Of a DNA stretch of 64,000 bases, positions 39,866-50,871 are shown piece after piece. Each line of letters starts with the position of its first letter. Position 1 is the first letter of the stretch. The notes beneath the pieces are model-generated. The model saw nothing but the letters and a program-made list of their open reading frames with translations, was not told the DNA's origin and searched no databases. The DNA lies in the NCBI GenBank assembly GCA_965279035.1, contig OZ257142.1, positions 2,016,001 to 2,080,000 on the forward strand. Direction: 5' to 3'. A program made the translations under genes and the position numbers. Source of the stretch: Bacteroidia bacterium. GTDB lineage: Bacteria; Bacteroidota; Bacteroidia; M30B66.

Positions 39866-42679
39866 ATGCCAAAAAATTCAGAAATCCGCTCCGTTCTAAT
39901 CATTGGTAGCGGTCCGATCATCATCGGTCAGGCTTGCGAATTTGATTATTCAGGTTCTCAAGCAGCTCGCTCTCTTCGAGACGAAGGCATTGAAGTTTCA
40001 CTTATCAATAGTAATCCAGCAACAATCATGACCGACAAAGTTTCGGCTGATCATGTTTACTTGTTACCATTGACTGTTGCTTCTTTAGTGAAAATTTTAG
40101 AAGAACGAAACATCGATGCTGTTCTGCCAACTATGGGAGGACAAACAGCACTGAATTTGGCGAAGAAAGCAGATGAAATGGGCATTTGGAAAAAGTACAA
40201 TGTCAAAATCATTGGGGTTGAAATCGATGCCATAGAAACTACCGAAAACCGAGAAGAATTTCGTCAATTATGTGTAAAACTTGACGTTGGAGTTCCCCCT
40301 TCTCAAATTGCCAATTCATTTTTAGAAGGAAAAGAAATTGCTCAACGCATTGGCTATCCTTTGGTTATTCGTCCATCCTATACTTTAGGTGGAACGGGTG
40401 GTGCCTTTGTTCATCGGAAGGAAGATTTTGATGAATTACTCAATCGCGGTTTACACGCATCTCCTATACATGAAGTGCTCATCGAAAAAGCATTGTTCGG
40501 TTGGAAAGAATATGAATTAGAACTTCTTCGCGATAACAATCAGAATATTATCATCATTTGTTCGATCGAGAATTTCGATCCAATGGGTATCCATACAGGT
40601 GATTCCATTACTGTTGCTCCTGCTATGACTTTAAGCGATGTTGCCTATCAGCATATGCGTGATATTGCAATAAAACTAATGCGTCATATTGGTACTTTTG
40701 CAGGTGGATGCAATGTTCAATTTGCCTTGAATCCCGAAAATGAAGATATCATAGCGATTGAAATTAATCCACGTGTTTCTCGTTCTTCAGCTTTAGCTTC
40801 AAAAGCAACAGGTTATCCCATTGCTAAAATTGCTGCTAAGCTCGCCATTGGTTACAATCTCGACGAACTCAACAATCAAATTACCGGAACAACTTCCGCC
40901 TTTTTTGAACCCACACTCGATTATGTTATTGTTAAAATTCCTCGTTGGAACTTTAACAAATTCAAAGGTGCCGACAAATCTCTTGGTCTTCAAATGAAAT
41001 CGGTTGGAGAAGTGATGGGCATCGGTCGTAGTTTTCAAGAAGCATTACAGAAAGCGTGTCAAAGTTTAGAAGTAAGTAGAAATGGACTTGGTGCCGATGG
41101 GAAAGATCTAAGAAATCCTGATGCAGTTGTTGATAGTTTGAAAAATCCTAGTTGGAATCGTTTATTCCATATCAAGGATGCAATGAACTTGGGTATTCCA
41201 TTTAAAACGATTCATAAATTAACCCAGATTGATCCTTGGTTCTTGCATCAAATTGATGATTTGGTTCAACTGGAAAAACGCATGGAACGATATTCTATCG
41301 AAAACGTTCCATCGGAATTGATGCGCGAAGCGAAAACGAAAGGCTATGCCGATCGTCAAATTGCCCATGTGCTGAGATGTCTAGAAAGTGAAGTGTTTAA
41401 GAAACGTCATGAAATGGGAATCAAGCGTGTGTATAAAATGGTTGATACATGTGCTGCCGAATTCGAAGCGAAAACACCCTATTTCTATTCAACTTTTGAT
41501 GGTGAAAATGAAAGTATTAGTTCCGACCGGAAAAAAATAATTGTGCTTGGTTCCGGACCAAATCGAATAGGGCAGGGGATTGAGTTCGATTATAGTTGTG
41601 TTCATGGAGTGCTTGCTGCGAAAGAATGTGGCTTTGAAACCATCATGATCAACTGTAATCCAGAAACTGTTTCAACCGATTTTGATATAGCTGATAAACT
41701 CTATTTTGAACCCGTATTTTGGGAACATATTTATGACATCATTTTGCACGAAAATCCCGAAGGTGTTATCGTTCAGCTTGGTGGTCAAACAGCTTTAAAG
41801 CTTGCCGAAAAGTTGGATCGTTACGGAATTAAGATTATTGGAACTTCATATAAAAGTCTCGATCTAGCCGAAGATCGAGGCAGTTTTTCATCACTATTGC
41901 GAGATAATAATATTCCATATCCTCGTTTTGGAGTCATTGAACATGCCGATCAAGCAGCCGATCTAGCACGTGAACTTGGGTTTCCATTATTGGTAAGACC
42001 AAGTTATGTGCTCGGTGGACATAACATGAAAATTGTAATTAATGAGCAAGAATTGGAAGATCACGTAGTGGATTTGCTCAAAGATATTCCTGGAAATAAA
42101 GTCTTACTCGATCATTTTCTAGATAAAGCTGTTGAAGCTGAATCCGATGCTATTTGCGATGGTGAAAATGTTTACATCATTGGAATTATGGAACATATTG
42201 AACCTGCTGGAATTCACAGTGGAGATTCCAATGCATTGCTTCCCCCATTTAGTTTGAGTGATAACGTAATCAAACAAATTGAAGAACATACGATAACCAT
42301 TGCGAAAGCCCTTCATACTGTTGGATTAGTGAATATGCAATTTGCTATTAAAGATGAAGTTGTTTATGTAATCGAAGCCAATCCAAGAGCTTCGCGTACA
42401 GTTCCATTTATTTGCAAAGCCTACGATGAACCGTATGTTAATTATGCGACCAAAGTGATGCTTGGTGTCAATAAAGTCACTGATTTTAAATTCAACCCAC
42501 GCAAACATGGATTCGCAATAAAAATTCCAGTTTTCTCGTTTGATAAATTTCCTAACGTGAATAAAGAACTCGGTCCTGAAATGAAATCAACAGGAGAATC
42601 TATTTTGTTTATCGAAAATTTACAAGATGAAACCTTCTTGCAATTGTATGGTGAACGTAATTTGTATTTAAGTCGATAA
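39866..42679 (+). CDS. carB: Carbamoyl-phosphate synthase large subunit (937 aa, without C-terminal MGS domain)
   Basis: GSGPIIIGQACEFDYSG, IEINPRVSRSSALASKATG, second half GSGPNRIGQGIEFDY, EANPRASRTVPF, LGPEMKSTGE. Confidence 0.97.
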   Translation: MPKNSEIRSVLIIGSGPIIIGQACEFDYSGSQAARSLRDEGIEVSLINSNPATIMTDKVSADHVYLLPLTVASLVKILEERNIDAVLPTMGGQTALNLAKKADEMGIWKKYNVKIIGVEIDAIETTENREEFRQLCVKLDVGVPPSQIANSFLEGKEIAQRIGYPLVIRPSYTLGGTGGAFVHRKEDFDELLNRGLHASPIHEVLIEKALFGWKEYELELLRDNNQNIIIICSIENFDPMGIHTGDSITVAPAMTLSDVAYQHMRDIAIKLMRHIGTFAGGCNVQFALNPENEDIIAIEINPRVSRSSALASKATGYPIAKIAAKLAIGYNLDELNNQITGTTSAFFEPTLDYVIVKIPRWNFNKFKGADKSLGLQMKSVGEVMGIGRSFQEALQKACQSLEVSRNGLGADGKDLRNPDAVVDSLKNPSWNRLFHIKDAMNLGIPFKTIHKLTQIDPWFLHQIDDLVQLEKRMERYSIENVPSELMREAKTKGYADRQIAHVLRCLESEVFKKRHEMGIKRVYKMVDTCAAEFEAKTPYFYSTFDGENESISSDRKKIIVLGSGPNRIGQGIEFDYSCVHGVLAAKECGFETIMINCNPETVSTDFDIADKLYFEPVFWEHIYDIILHENPEGVIVQLGGQTALKLAEKLDRYGIKIIGTSYKSLDLAEDRGSFSSLLRDNNIPYPRFGVIEHADQAADLARELGFPLLVRPSYVLGGHNMKIVINEQELEDHVVDLLKDIPGNKVLLDHFLDKAVEAESDAICDGENVYIIGIMEHIEPAGIHSGDSNALLPPFSLSDNVIKQIEEHTITIAKALHTVGLVNMQFAIKDEVVYVIEANPRASRTVPFICKAYDEPYVNYATKVMLGVNKVTDFKFNPRKHGFAIKIPVFSFDKFPNVNKELGPEMKSTGESILFIENLQDETFLQLYGERNLYLSR

Positions 42680-42753
42680 AATATTCTGCCAAAAGGACAG
42701 AGATTTTCGTAGGCAGGTATTTTGTAAATTGCACCGCTCTTCAAAAAAAGAAA

Positions 42754-43011
42754 ATGCGCATACTCTATATACTTCTCATCATTTACATCTTATACAAGGT
42801 GTTCTTCAATTTCATATTACCACTCGTTGTTCGTCATCTTTTTCAAAAAGCAGCCAATAATATGAATGGTGAATTTGGACAATTTCAACAACAAGCCCCT
42901 CCTCGCCGTCAAGGAGAAGTTCGCATTGAAGATCCCGGAACCACTTCTTCCAAGAAAAAACAATTCTCTTCAAACGATGTGGAAGATGTTGATTTCATTG
43001 AGGTGAAATGA
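42754..43011 (+). CDS. Small single-TM protein (DUF4834-like)
   Basis: N-terminal hydrophobic helix, GEVRI, C-terminal EDVDFIEVK typical of this Bacteroidota family. Confidence 0.7.
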   Translation: MRILYILLIIYILYKVFFNFILPLVVRHLFQKAANNMNGEFGQFQQQAPPRRQGEVRIEDPGTTSSKKKQFSSNDVEDVDFIEVK

Positions 43012-43375
43012 TTTATTTATTATTTTATTTAACCAATTCTTCCCTTTTTCAATTTAGATATTAATAAGAACACCTTTATCATGCGAATAATCACCAATTA
43101 AAATACAGATTGACTTTGTATTATTAAATGGAAATCACTTTTCAATCGAAATCTCGTCGAATTAATACAATTAATTCATTCATTTTATTATCGATTTTAT
43201 TTTGATCTATTTGATTAGATATTAAACGGATTATTTCACTTCTATATACCTTTTCAAGTATTTCCGAATAGAAATTTATCTATGAATAGTTTGTTTAAAA
43301 CAGCGTAAACAAATCTTCATTCAATCCATGTTGATTTAAATAGGTAATCTATATTTACCTTTTTAAATTTTGAGG

Positions 43376-46027
43376 ATGCCTAAAATTAATTTCAAAGCCT
43401 TGCTTCCCCACCTCGCGGCGGTTGCGATTTTTCTCTTACTTATCTTTTCGTATTTCCCCGAATTACTCGATAATAAGAGTCTCCGTATGGATGACGTGGA
43501 ACATCACAAAGGAATGTCCAACGAACTTGCTGATTATCGCGAAAGAACAGGCGAAGAAGCTATCTGGACCAATGCCATGTTTGGTGGAATGCCCGGTTAT
43601 TTAATATCAACGGTGTATCACGGGAATTTGCTTCGTTATGCAGATAAAGTAATCAAAATGAACTTGCCTCGTCCTGCCGATTCAATGTTCGTTTTAATGC
43701 TTGGCATGTATGTTTTACTTCTCACTTTTCGAGTAAAACAACCTTTGGCAATTTTAGGTGCTGCCGTTTATTGTTTCTCTACATACAGTTTATTGAGTAT
43801 GGAAGCAGGGCATATGTCGAAAATTGATGCAATGTCCTATATGCCCTGGGTTCTTGCAGGGCTTATTACAACGTTTCAAGGAAGAATTATTGTTGGAGGA
43901 TTATTAACTGCCGTTTTCTTAAGTCTCCAAATCAAGGCATCTCACTTTCAGATTACTTACTATCTGATGTTTATATTACTGTTTTTCTCAATTGTTTACC
44001 TCATTCAAAGTATTCGAGAAAAAACATTGCCCGAGTTTGCCAAAGCAGCAGGAGTTCTAGCTCTAGCGGCTGTTTTTGGTGTATTAACAAATGCTTCATC
44101 ACTCTATACAATCAACGATTATGGAAAAGATTCCATTCGTGGAAAATCAGAATTAACTTTAAAAGGTGTTGAAGAAAGCGATGGTCTCGATGCTGGTTAT
44201 GCTTTACAATATAGCTATGGTGTTGGTGAAACATTCTCTTACATGATTCCCAATGTGTATGGTGGCGCATCAAATCTTGGACTAGCAGAACAAAAGACAG
44301 CTTTAAAAGAAGCGGACCCTCAATACAAACAATTTCTTGAAGGCTTTCCTCAATACTGGTCTTCTACTTCTACTACTGGTCCTTTTTACACTGGAGCCCT
44401 CATCTGCTTTTTAGCTGTTCTCGGGTTTTTCTTTGTTAAATCACCAGTAAAATGGGCAATTCTTGCTTCAATCATTCTCGCTTTTATGCTTGCTTGGGGA
44501 AGTAATTTTGAAGATTTTTCAATTTGGATGTTAGAACATTTTCCTGGTTATAATAAGTTTCGAGCCGTCAAAATGACCTTGATTATTTCCGACTTCTTGA
44601 TACCTCTGATTGCTATATTAGGTTTATCCGAAATCGTTTCAAATCCAGATAGAATCAAAGAAAAGAAAGTTTGGTTTTATGCAGCGTTTGGACTTACTGG
44701 TGGATTATGCTTGCTCTTTTATCTCATGCCCGATTTCTTTTTTAGTTTCGATTATCTAGACAAAAACTACGAAGGACAAATTCGTGGAATGTTGAGTCAA
44801 CAAGGAATGGATGCTGGAGCTTCTCAAACATGGATGGATGGCTTAATATCAAATTTGGAAACAGTTCGAATGGCCATTTTTAAAGCTGATGCTATCCGCT
44901 CTTTCTTCATCATTCTTCTTGGTGCAGCAACAATATTTTCGTACAGTAGAATGAAATTTAATATGTTCATTCTTGCAGCTCTTTTTCTTGTTATAACACT
45001 TGCCGATCAATGGTCAATTGATAAACGGTATGTCAACAAAAAAGATTTTGTATCCAATGCTAAATCGGCTGTTCCTTTTAGCCCTTCAGCTGCTGATGAA
45101 GCTATATTTTCTCTAGAAATTCAAAAAGACCCAACGCTTTTAGCTAAAGTTGAAAAATACAAAAACGAAGGTCTTTTGAGAGCAAAAAAAGCTGGTGGTT
45201 TAGGAGCCGATGATGCGAAATATCGTTTCCGTGGATTACTTGCTAATACCGATTACCGCGTATTAAACTTAGCAGCCAATACATTCAACGATGCAGGAAC
45301 ATCATTTTTTCATAAATCGGTTGGAGGATATAGCGCAGTAAAACTTGAACGATATCAAGAATTTATTGAATACCATATCGCGAATAATATTGAATCATTA
45401 AAAAAGGTATTTCAAACTCGTCCAACAGATTCAAGTATTGCAGCAGTTCTTAGTCATTTGTATGCTTTTAATATGCTTAATACGCGGTATATTATTTACA
45501 ACGAACAAGCGCCACCTATTGTCAATAATTCAGCATTAGGAAATGCTTGGTTTGTCAATAATGTGAAAGAAGTTGCTTCTGCCAATGAAGAAATTCTTGC
45601 TTTAGATAGCACGTTTAATCCAGCCAGTACAGCTATTGTTGATAAACGTTTTCATGATCAAATTGCGAATTGGAAATCTCAACCCGATTCAACTGCTAAA
45701 ATTCATCTCGATAGTTATGAGCCCAACGATTTGAAATATTCTTGTTCAGCGGCTTCAGAACAATTAGTTGTTTTTTCTGAGATCTATTATGCCAAAGGCT
45801 GGAATGCCTATGTTGATGGAACACTTAGTCCTCATTTTAGAACAAACTATATCCTTCGTGGAATGAAAATTCCAGCTGGAAAACATAGCATTGAATTTCG
45901 CTTTGAACCTTCATCTTATGCTAATACTGAAAAAATTAGCATGGCAAGTTCTGGACTATTGATTCTATTCGTATTCCTTATGATTTTCCTTGAGGTTAGG
46001 AAAAAAAATGCAGCAGCTAAAGCATAA
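43376..46027 (+). CDS. YfhO family multi-TM membrane protein (GT-C-like)
   Basis: WTNAMFGGMPGY, HFQITYY, PGYNKFRA, SVGGYSAVKL.RYQE, VFSEIYY.KGW.AYVDG, NYILRG..IPAGKH.IEF.F.P. Confidence 0.88.
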   Translation: MPKINFKALLPHLAAVAIFLLLIFSYFPELLDNKSLRMDDVEHHKGMSNELADYRERTGEEAIWTNAMFGGMPGYLISTVYHGNLLRYADKVIKMNLPRPADSMFVLMLGMYVLLLTFRVKQPLAILGAAVYCFSTYSLLSMEAGHMSKIDAMSYMPWVLAGLITTFQGRIIVGGLLTAVFLSLQIKASHFQITYYLMFILLFFSIVYLIQSIREKTLPEFAKAAGVLALAAVFGVLTNASSLYTINDYGKDSIRGKSELTLKGVEESDGLDAGYALQYSYGVGETFSYMIPNVYGGASNLGLAEQKTALKEADPQYKQFLEGFPQYWSSTSTTGPFYTGALICFLAVLGFFFVKSPVKWAILASIILAFMLAWGSNFEDFSIWMLEHFPGYNKFRAVKMTLIISDFLIPLIAILGLSEIVSNPDRIKEKKVWFYAAFGLTGGLCLLFYLMPDFFFSFDYLDKNYEGQIRGMLSQQGMDAGASQTWMDGLISNLETVRMAIFKADAIRSFFIILLGAATIFSYSRMKFNMFILAALFLVITLADQWSIDKRYVNKKDFVSNAKSAVPFSPSAADEAIFSLEIQKDPTLLAKVEKYKNEGLLRAKKAGGLGADDAKYRFRGLLANTDYRVLNLAANTFNDAGTSFFHKSVGGYSAVKLERYQEFIEYHIANNIESLKKVFQTRPTDSSIAAVLSHLYAFNMLNTRYIIYNEQAPPIVNNSALGNAWFVNNVKEVASANEEILALDSTFNPASTAIVDKRFHDQIANWKSQPDSTAKIHLDSYEPNDLKYSCSAASEQLVVFSEIYYAKGWNAYVDGTLSPHFRTNYILRGMKIPAGKHSIEFRFEPSSYANTEKISMASSGLLILFVFLMIFLEVRKKNAAAKA

Positions 46028-46030
46028 TTC

Positions 46031-47872
46031 ATGTGTGGAATTGCAGGATATTTTCAAGTAGGATCTAAACTTTCTGTTGGTCATATTAACAGAATGACAG
46101 ATGCTCAAAAACACCGCGGTCCAGATGCTGACGGTCATTTTGAACATCCTCGTTGTGGATTAGGTCATCGTCGTTTAAGTATTCTCGATCTTTCTGAAGC
46201 AGCCAATCAACCTTTTTATTCTCTTGATGGACGTTACGTAATTGCATACAATGGTGAGGTGTATAATTTCCAGGAGATTGCCGAAGAACTGAATTTTCAA
46301 CCTCGAACAAGTTCCGATACTGAAGTTATTTTAGAAGCCTATATTCGTTGGGGAACATCCTTCATTCAACGGATGAATGGAATGTTTGCCATAGCGATTT
46401 TCGATATTCAAGAGGAGCATTTATTCATGTGTCGTGATCGTATGGGAATCAAACCCATTTACTATTACTTTCAGGATGGACTCTTTATTTTTTCATCGGA
46501 ACTTAAAGGCTTACTAGCATTAAGGCCTGATATATATTTTAGTCTAGATAAAAATGCTGTTGAAGAATTCCTGCATGTAGGATACATTCCTGAGCCTTTG
46601 AGTATTTGTAATGAAGTGAAGAAATTTCCTTCAGGACATTGGGCTTCTATCAATTCATCAGGAATGGAACTTCATGAATATTGGAATATGGCTGATAAAA
46701 TTGAACCGGAGATTCTGAAAGATGAAACTATCGCCAAAGAAAAATTAAAGCAACTCATCACAAGTTCTGTTCGATATCGGATGATTAGTGATGTGCCATT
46801 TGGAACTTTTTTGAGTGGAGGAATTGATTCAAGTATTGTTACTGCTGTTGCTCAATACAATTCAGAAAAACCGATCAACACATTTTCAATCGGCTTTCGT
46901 GAGAGTAAACACAATGAATCAGAATTTGCAAGTGCTGTTGCTAAACATTTAGGAACTCGACATTTCGAATTTACAGTCACTGAACAAGATGCTATGGAAA
47001 TGCTCGATCAGATGCTTGATGCGTACGATGAGCCATTTGCTGATTCATCGGGAATTCCTACCATGTTAGTTTCTCGCTTAGCTCGACAGCATGTTAGCAT
47101 GACACTTTCGGGTGATGGAGGTGATGAATTGTTTTTAGGTTATGGTTCTTATACGTGGGCAAAACGTATGGCAAACCCAATTGTTAAAGCATTAAGATCT
47201 CCCATATTTTCATTATTAGCTTCATCTAAAAACAATAAATACCGAAGAGCTGCCGACCATTTTCAAAAGAGTAATTATCCATTGAGCCACATTTTTTCTC
47301 AAGAACTTTATTATTTCTCTGAATCTGAAATCGCACTCTTATTGGGAAAAACGAATTTCAATTCAGTTATTGTTGAATCGATTGAAGGATTAGCTCGCAA
47401 ATTAAAGCCAGAAGAGGAGCAAGCTTTTTTTGATTTACGATATTATTTAAAAGATGATTTATTGACGAAAGTAGATCGTGCTACCATGCAATATTCATTA
47501 GAAACACGAGTGCCTTTAATAGATTATCGTATTGTTGAATTTGCACTAAATCTTGATCCATCATTGAAAATAAAAAATGGAACAAGTAAATATTTACTAA
47601 AACAAGTACTGTATGATTATGTTCCTGAAAGCTTGTTCAATCGCCCTAAATGGGGATTTAGTATTCCACTCGACAAATGGTTAAGTCGTGATTTAAACTA
47701 CTTAATTGAGCAATATACGAGTAAAGAAATGTGTGAGAAATATGGTTTAATCAACTATGAGATTCTGAATAAATATCGAATTGGATTTAAATCAGGAAGA
47801 ACCTATTATTACAATCGTCTTTGGCAAATTATTGTTCTACATAGACATCTTGAAAAATTACAGATTAATTAA
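46031..47872 (+). CDS. asnB: Asparagine synthase (glutamine-hydrolysing) family amidotransferase
   Basis: MCGIAG Ntn Cys, HRGPD, NGEVYN, RDRMGIKP, LSGGIDSS, SGDGGDELF, KVDRATM..SLETRVP. Confidence 0.93.
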   Translation: MCGIAGYFQVGSKLSVGHINRMTDAQKHRGPDADGHFEHPRCGLGHRRLSILDLSEAANQPFYSLDGRYVIAYNGEVYNFQEIAEELNFQPRTSSDTEVILEAYIRWGTSFIQRMNGMFAIAIFDIQEEHLFMCRDRMGIKPIYYYFQDGLFIFSSELKGLLALRPDIYFSLDKNAVEEFLHVGYIPEPLSICNEVKKFPSGHWASINSSGMELHEYWNMADKIEPEILKDETIAKEKLKQLITSSVRYRMISDVPFGTFLSGGIDSSIVTAVAQYNSEKPINTFSIGFRESKHNESEFASAVAKHLGTRHFEFTVTEQDAMEMLDQMLDAYDEPFADSSGIPTMLVSRLARQHVSMTLSGDGGDELFLGYGSYTWAKRMANPIVKALRSPIFSLLASSKNNKYRRAADHFQKSNYPLSHIFSQELYYFSESEIALLLGKTNFNSVIVESIEGLARKLKPEEEQAFFDLRYYLKDDLLTKVDRATMQYSLETRVPLIDYRIVEFALNLDPSLKIKNGTSKYLLKQVLYDYVPESLFNRPKWGFSIPLDKWLSRDLNYLIEQYTSKEMCEKYGLINYEILNKYRIGFKSGRTYYYNRLWQIIVLHRHLEKLQIN

Positions 47873-49409
47873 ATAATGGAATATGATAGCTTTTATAAAA
47901 TCCTCGCATATAATTTAAATAGCCAACTCTCCAAACCTTCGTTGCATCTGCATTTAGATAATCTAAAACAGGACGACGATCAGTTAAAATGATTGCATCT
48001 TTTACATCAATGCTATCTTCTTGAATAAATTTATCTTGAATATAATCCGGAACACGATCTTCAAATGTATCCATCGAATTGGAGAATAAATAAATAAGAT
48101 TGCTTTTTTCTTCGAGTGAATCAGTCGAATATAACTCAGTAAATAGCCCTATTGCTCGAATCGTTTTATAAAGAGAACGATTTCCTTTCCCTATTTCATT
48201 TTTATAATATCCATTTGAATTAATTAAAACCAATCCACCAGGTTTTAACAAATCACGCGTTTTACTCATGCTTTCAGCAGTAAACACATGTGCTGGAGTT
48301 TCTTCTCCTCTGAATAAATCAAAAATAATTAAATCGTATTGCTTATGAGTGTCATTAATATAATGACGAGCATCATCTTGAATTACATTGACTTCATTTC
48401 CTAATCCAAAAAATTCATGAGATACTTCTATGATTCGTTCATCCAATTCAATCGCATCTACATGCATTCCATTGCTTACTGCTTGCTGAGCTAAAACTCC
48501 TCCACCTAAACCAAGTAGCAACATTTCTGAGCCTTTGGGGAACATCGATAATATATCGCCCGAAACATTAAAATAGGCATGGTCGTTAAATTTTTTATTT
48601 TTTAAATTATAGGAAGTTTGTATAATTCGATTGACAAATAATGTACGTTCATATTGAATCGAATCATGATGCATTACGGGAATATCAGCAACAAGCACTT
48701 GCCCTAATAATCCTTCTTTTTGATATAAAACCTGAATGATTTCGTTACGAATTCGGATTTGCCAATGATGATATCCAAAAGAAAAGAGTGCCGCAATTAG
48801 AAATACTCCAGGCTTTTTCCATCCATTTTTAAAAATTAAAAAAGCAGGAATAATTCCTAAAATAAATCCTGTAGCAATACTGGGTAAAATAAGTCCAAAC
48901 CGAGGTATAATAATAAATCCAAAAAGGAATGTAAAGAAAATCCCTCCTGTAGTTGAAATGGCATATACCAAACCTGCACGCTTTCCACTCGATTCGGCCG
49001 ATATATCTAAGTTAGCAACAACCAATGGAGAAACCATTCCCATTCCAATAACAGGTGGTAAAATGATAATCAATCCTGCAGTAACAACGGCATCGGTAAA
49101 TGATAATAAATGTGCAAAGTTCAATACCCATTGTGCTGTAAAGGGCATCATCATTACCAAAATGCCACAATACAATAAGGTTAGTAAGAGTATTTTATCT
49201 CTTCGGTCGTGTTGTGATATACTTCCTCCTAAAAAATAACCAATGGTTAAGCCTCCTAAAGTAATTGCTAAAACTGTTGCCCATACAAATAAGGATGAAC
49301 CAAAATAAGGAGCCAACATCCGAGCACTCATCAGTTCGGTAGCCATTAAACTACCTCCTTCGAGAAAGGATAAGCCTAGTAATAATCGATTATGTAGGGA
49401 TAATTGCAT
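47865..49409 (-). CDS. Fused membrane domain / spermidine-synthase-like SAM-dependent transferase
   Basis: About 6 N-terminal TM helices (SARMLAPYFGSSL.VW..VL) and a Rossmann domain LLGLGGG, IELD, DDARHY, YDLIIFD, ILTDRRP. Confidence 0.85.
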   Translation of the reverse strand: MQLSLHNRLLLGLSFLEGGSLMATELMSARMLAPYFGSSLFVWATVLAITLGGLTIGYFLGGSISQHDRRDKILLLTLLYCGILVMMMPFTAQWVLNFAHLLSFTDAVVTAGLIIILPPVIGMGMVSPLVVANLDISAESSGKRAGLVYAISTTGGIFFTFLFGFIIIPRFGLILPSIATGFILGIIPAFLIFKNGWKKPGVFLIAALFSFGYHHWQIRIRNEIIQVLYQKEGLLGQVLVADIPVMHHDSIQYERTLFVNRIIQTSYNLKNKKFNDHAYFNVSGDILSMFPKGSEMLLLGLGGGVLAQQAVSNGMHVDAIELDERIIEVSHEFFGLGNEVNVIQDDARHYINDTHKQYDLIIFDLFRGEETPAHVFTAESMSKTRDLLKPGGLVLINSNGYYKNEIGKGNRSLYKTIRAIGLFTELYSTDSLEEKSNLIYLFSNSMDTFEDRVPDYIQDKFIQEDSIDVKDAIILTDRRPVLDYLNADATKVWRVGYLNYMRGFYKSYHIPLFN

Positions 49410-50808
49410 TTTTCTGTATTAGTCCAAGTTCTAACCTCTCTTGCTCTTCTCTTTCAAGTCTTAATCGTTTATTCTCTTTTAGTTCCAATATTTTACTATG
49501 ATCTAATATCATCAATAGGGAAATAAAAAATGGAATACTTGGTATTTTATATCTTACCAATGCACCAAAATTTGCCGTAGTTAATCCCACCGAAAACGCA
49601 AAGAAAATCACAAAAACAAAAGAGAATATTAACAGAGGTTCTGAAAATATTTTTCGAAATACCTTAAACAGTCCAACCCTAAAAAATACTCTTAAAGTTA
49701 AAAAGATAAGAAATGTGTTTTCAAGTGCCGACATCAACATTACTGGATTGGATGCATCCCATAAAAAAGGTCTGTAAAGTCCTGCTAATAAAGCTACCGG
49801 GAATTTTGAAATAATACTTCCAGTTGAACCATCCATTTCGCCGATATCAAATGAATTAGCTCCATAGGCTTCCCGAGTAAGATCTTTTTTTGTGACAATG
49901 GCTTTGTTAATCGCTTTATCAACCGAACTATACGAACCTAATGAACTACCAAGAGCATTGAAAATTGCTGTTGCTCCTAAAAATCCAATCATAATAATGA
50001 GAGGAGAAATGAGTATTCGAATAAAACTACTTCGCACAGATTTTATTCGATTATATAATATCCAAATGGTGGCTCCAGGAAGTAATGCAACAAAAATGTA
50101 AGGCTTAATGGAAATGATTACATACGATGCAAGAAGTAAATAAATAAAATATTTTGTCCTATTATGCTTCTTAATAAACACATTATAAATACAGTAGGTA
50201 ATCCAACACGTTGCCGAAAATGTCACTGTATCTTTCAAAATTGCTGATCCCCAAAATAAAAGTGAGGGCATAAACAAAATCGATATGGCGAATTTTTTCT
50301 CCATGTTGGGATAAAGCTCATTGAAGAGTAAGAACAATCTCCAAATTCCACCATAGGATAAAAACGCAAATAAAAACGTAGTAACAAAAAAACTAAATCC
50401 AGAAAAAATGATAATCGGTCCTGCTATTCTAACTACAGTAAATGATTGAGGATCGCGATAATAATCAGGACAACACAAATCATTTTCTGCAAAACGTAAT
50501 AAATTGAGATTACTCAGATTACCTCCGACAACCGAAAAAAATGTTTCTTGATTAACTAATCCCAAACTGGCAAGTAATCTGCCGCTTTTGTAAAATCCAA
50601 TCGTATCACCTCCTCCGTAGTAAAATATATAAATCATACATACGAGAAAACTCCCTACAAACTTGGCAAGAAGTCCTAATGTATAATATTTATATATCGG
50701 GTTAGAGGCAATGTTATTCTGTTGAATTTGTCGAGCAAAATAAAATAAGGCAACCAAATAAATTGGCATGAGAATAAAATCCTTAGCCGAATAAAGTGCC
50801 TCATTCAT
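49390..50808 (-). CDS. Polytopic membrane protein, putative Wzy-like polymerase / GT-C glycosyltransferase
   Basis: About 10-11 TM helices, YYGGGDT..FY loop, PSLLFWGS.ILKD, NFGALVRYK; lies among glycan genes. Confidence 0.65.
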   Translation of the reverse strand: MNEALYSAKDFILMPIYLVALFYFARQIQQNNIASNPIYKYYTLGLLAKFVGSFLVCMIYIFYYGGGDTIGFYKSGRLLASLGLVNQETFFSVVGGNLSNLNLLRFAENDLCCPDYYRDPQSFTVVRIAGPIIIFSGFSFFVTTFLFAFLSYGGIWRLFLLFNELYPNMEKKFAISILFMPSLLFWGSAILKDTVTFSATCWITYCIYNVFIKKHNRTKYFIYLLLASYVIISIKPYIFVALLPGATIWILYNRIKSVRSSFIRILISPLIIMIGFLGATAIFNALGSSLGSYSSVDKAINKAIVTKKDLTREAYGANSFDIGEMDGSTGSIISKFPVALLAGLYRPFLWDASNPVMLMSALENTFLIFLTLRVFFRVGLFKVFRKIFSEPLLIFSFVFVIFFAFSVGLTTANFGALVRYKIPSIPFFISLLMILDHSKILELKENKRLRLEREEQERLELGLIQKNAIIPT

Positions 50809-50871
50809 AATTTTAAAAACTTCTCTTGTAAATTTGCCCTATACTGCAAAGGAAACCAATTCGTAACGATT

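Noticed and set aside
43012-43375. ncRNA or riboswitch upstream of yfhO
   Set aside because: Very AT-rich, with no convincing stems or known aptamer motifs.
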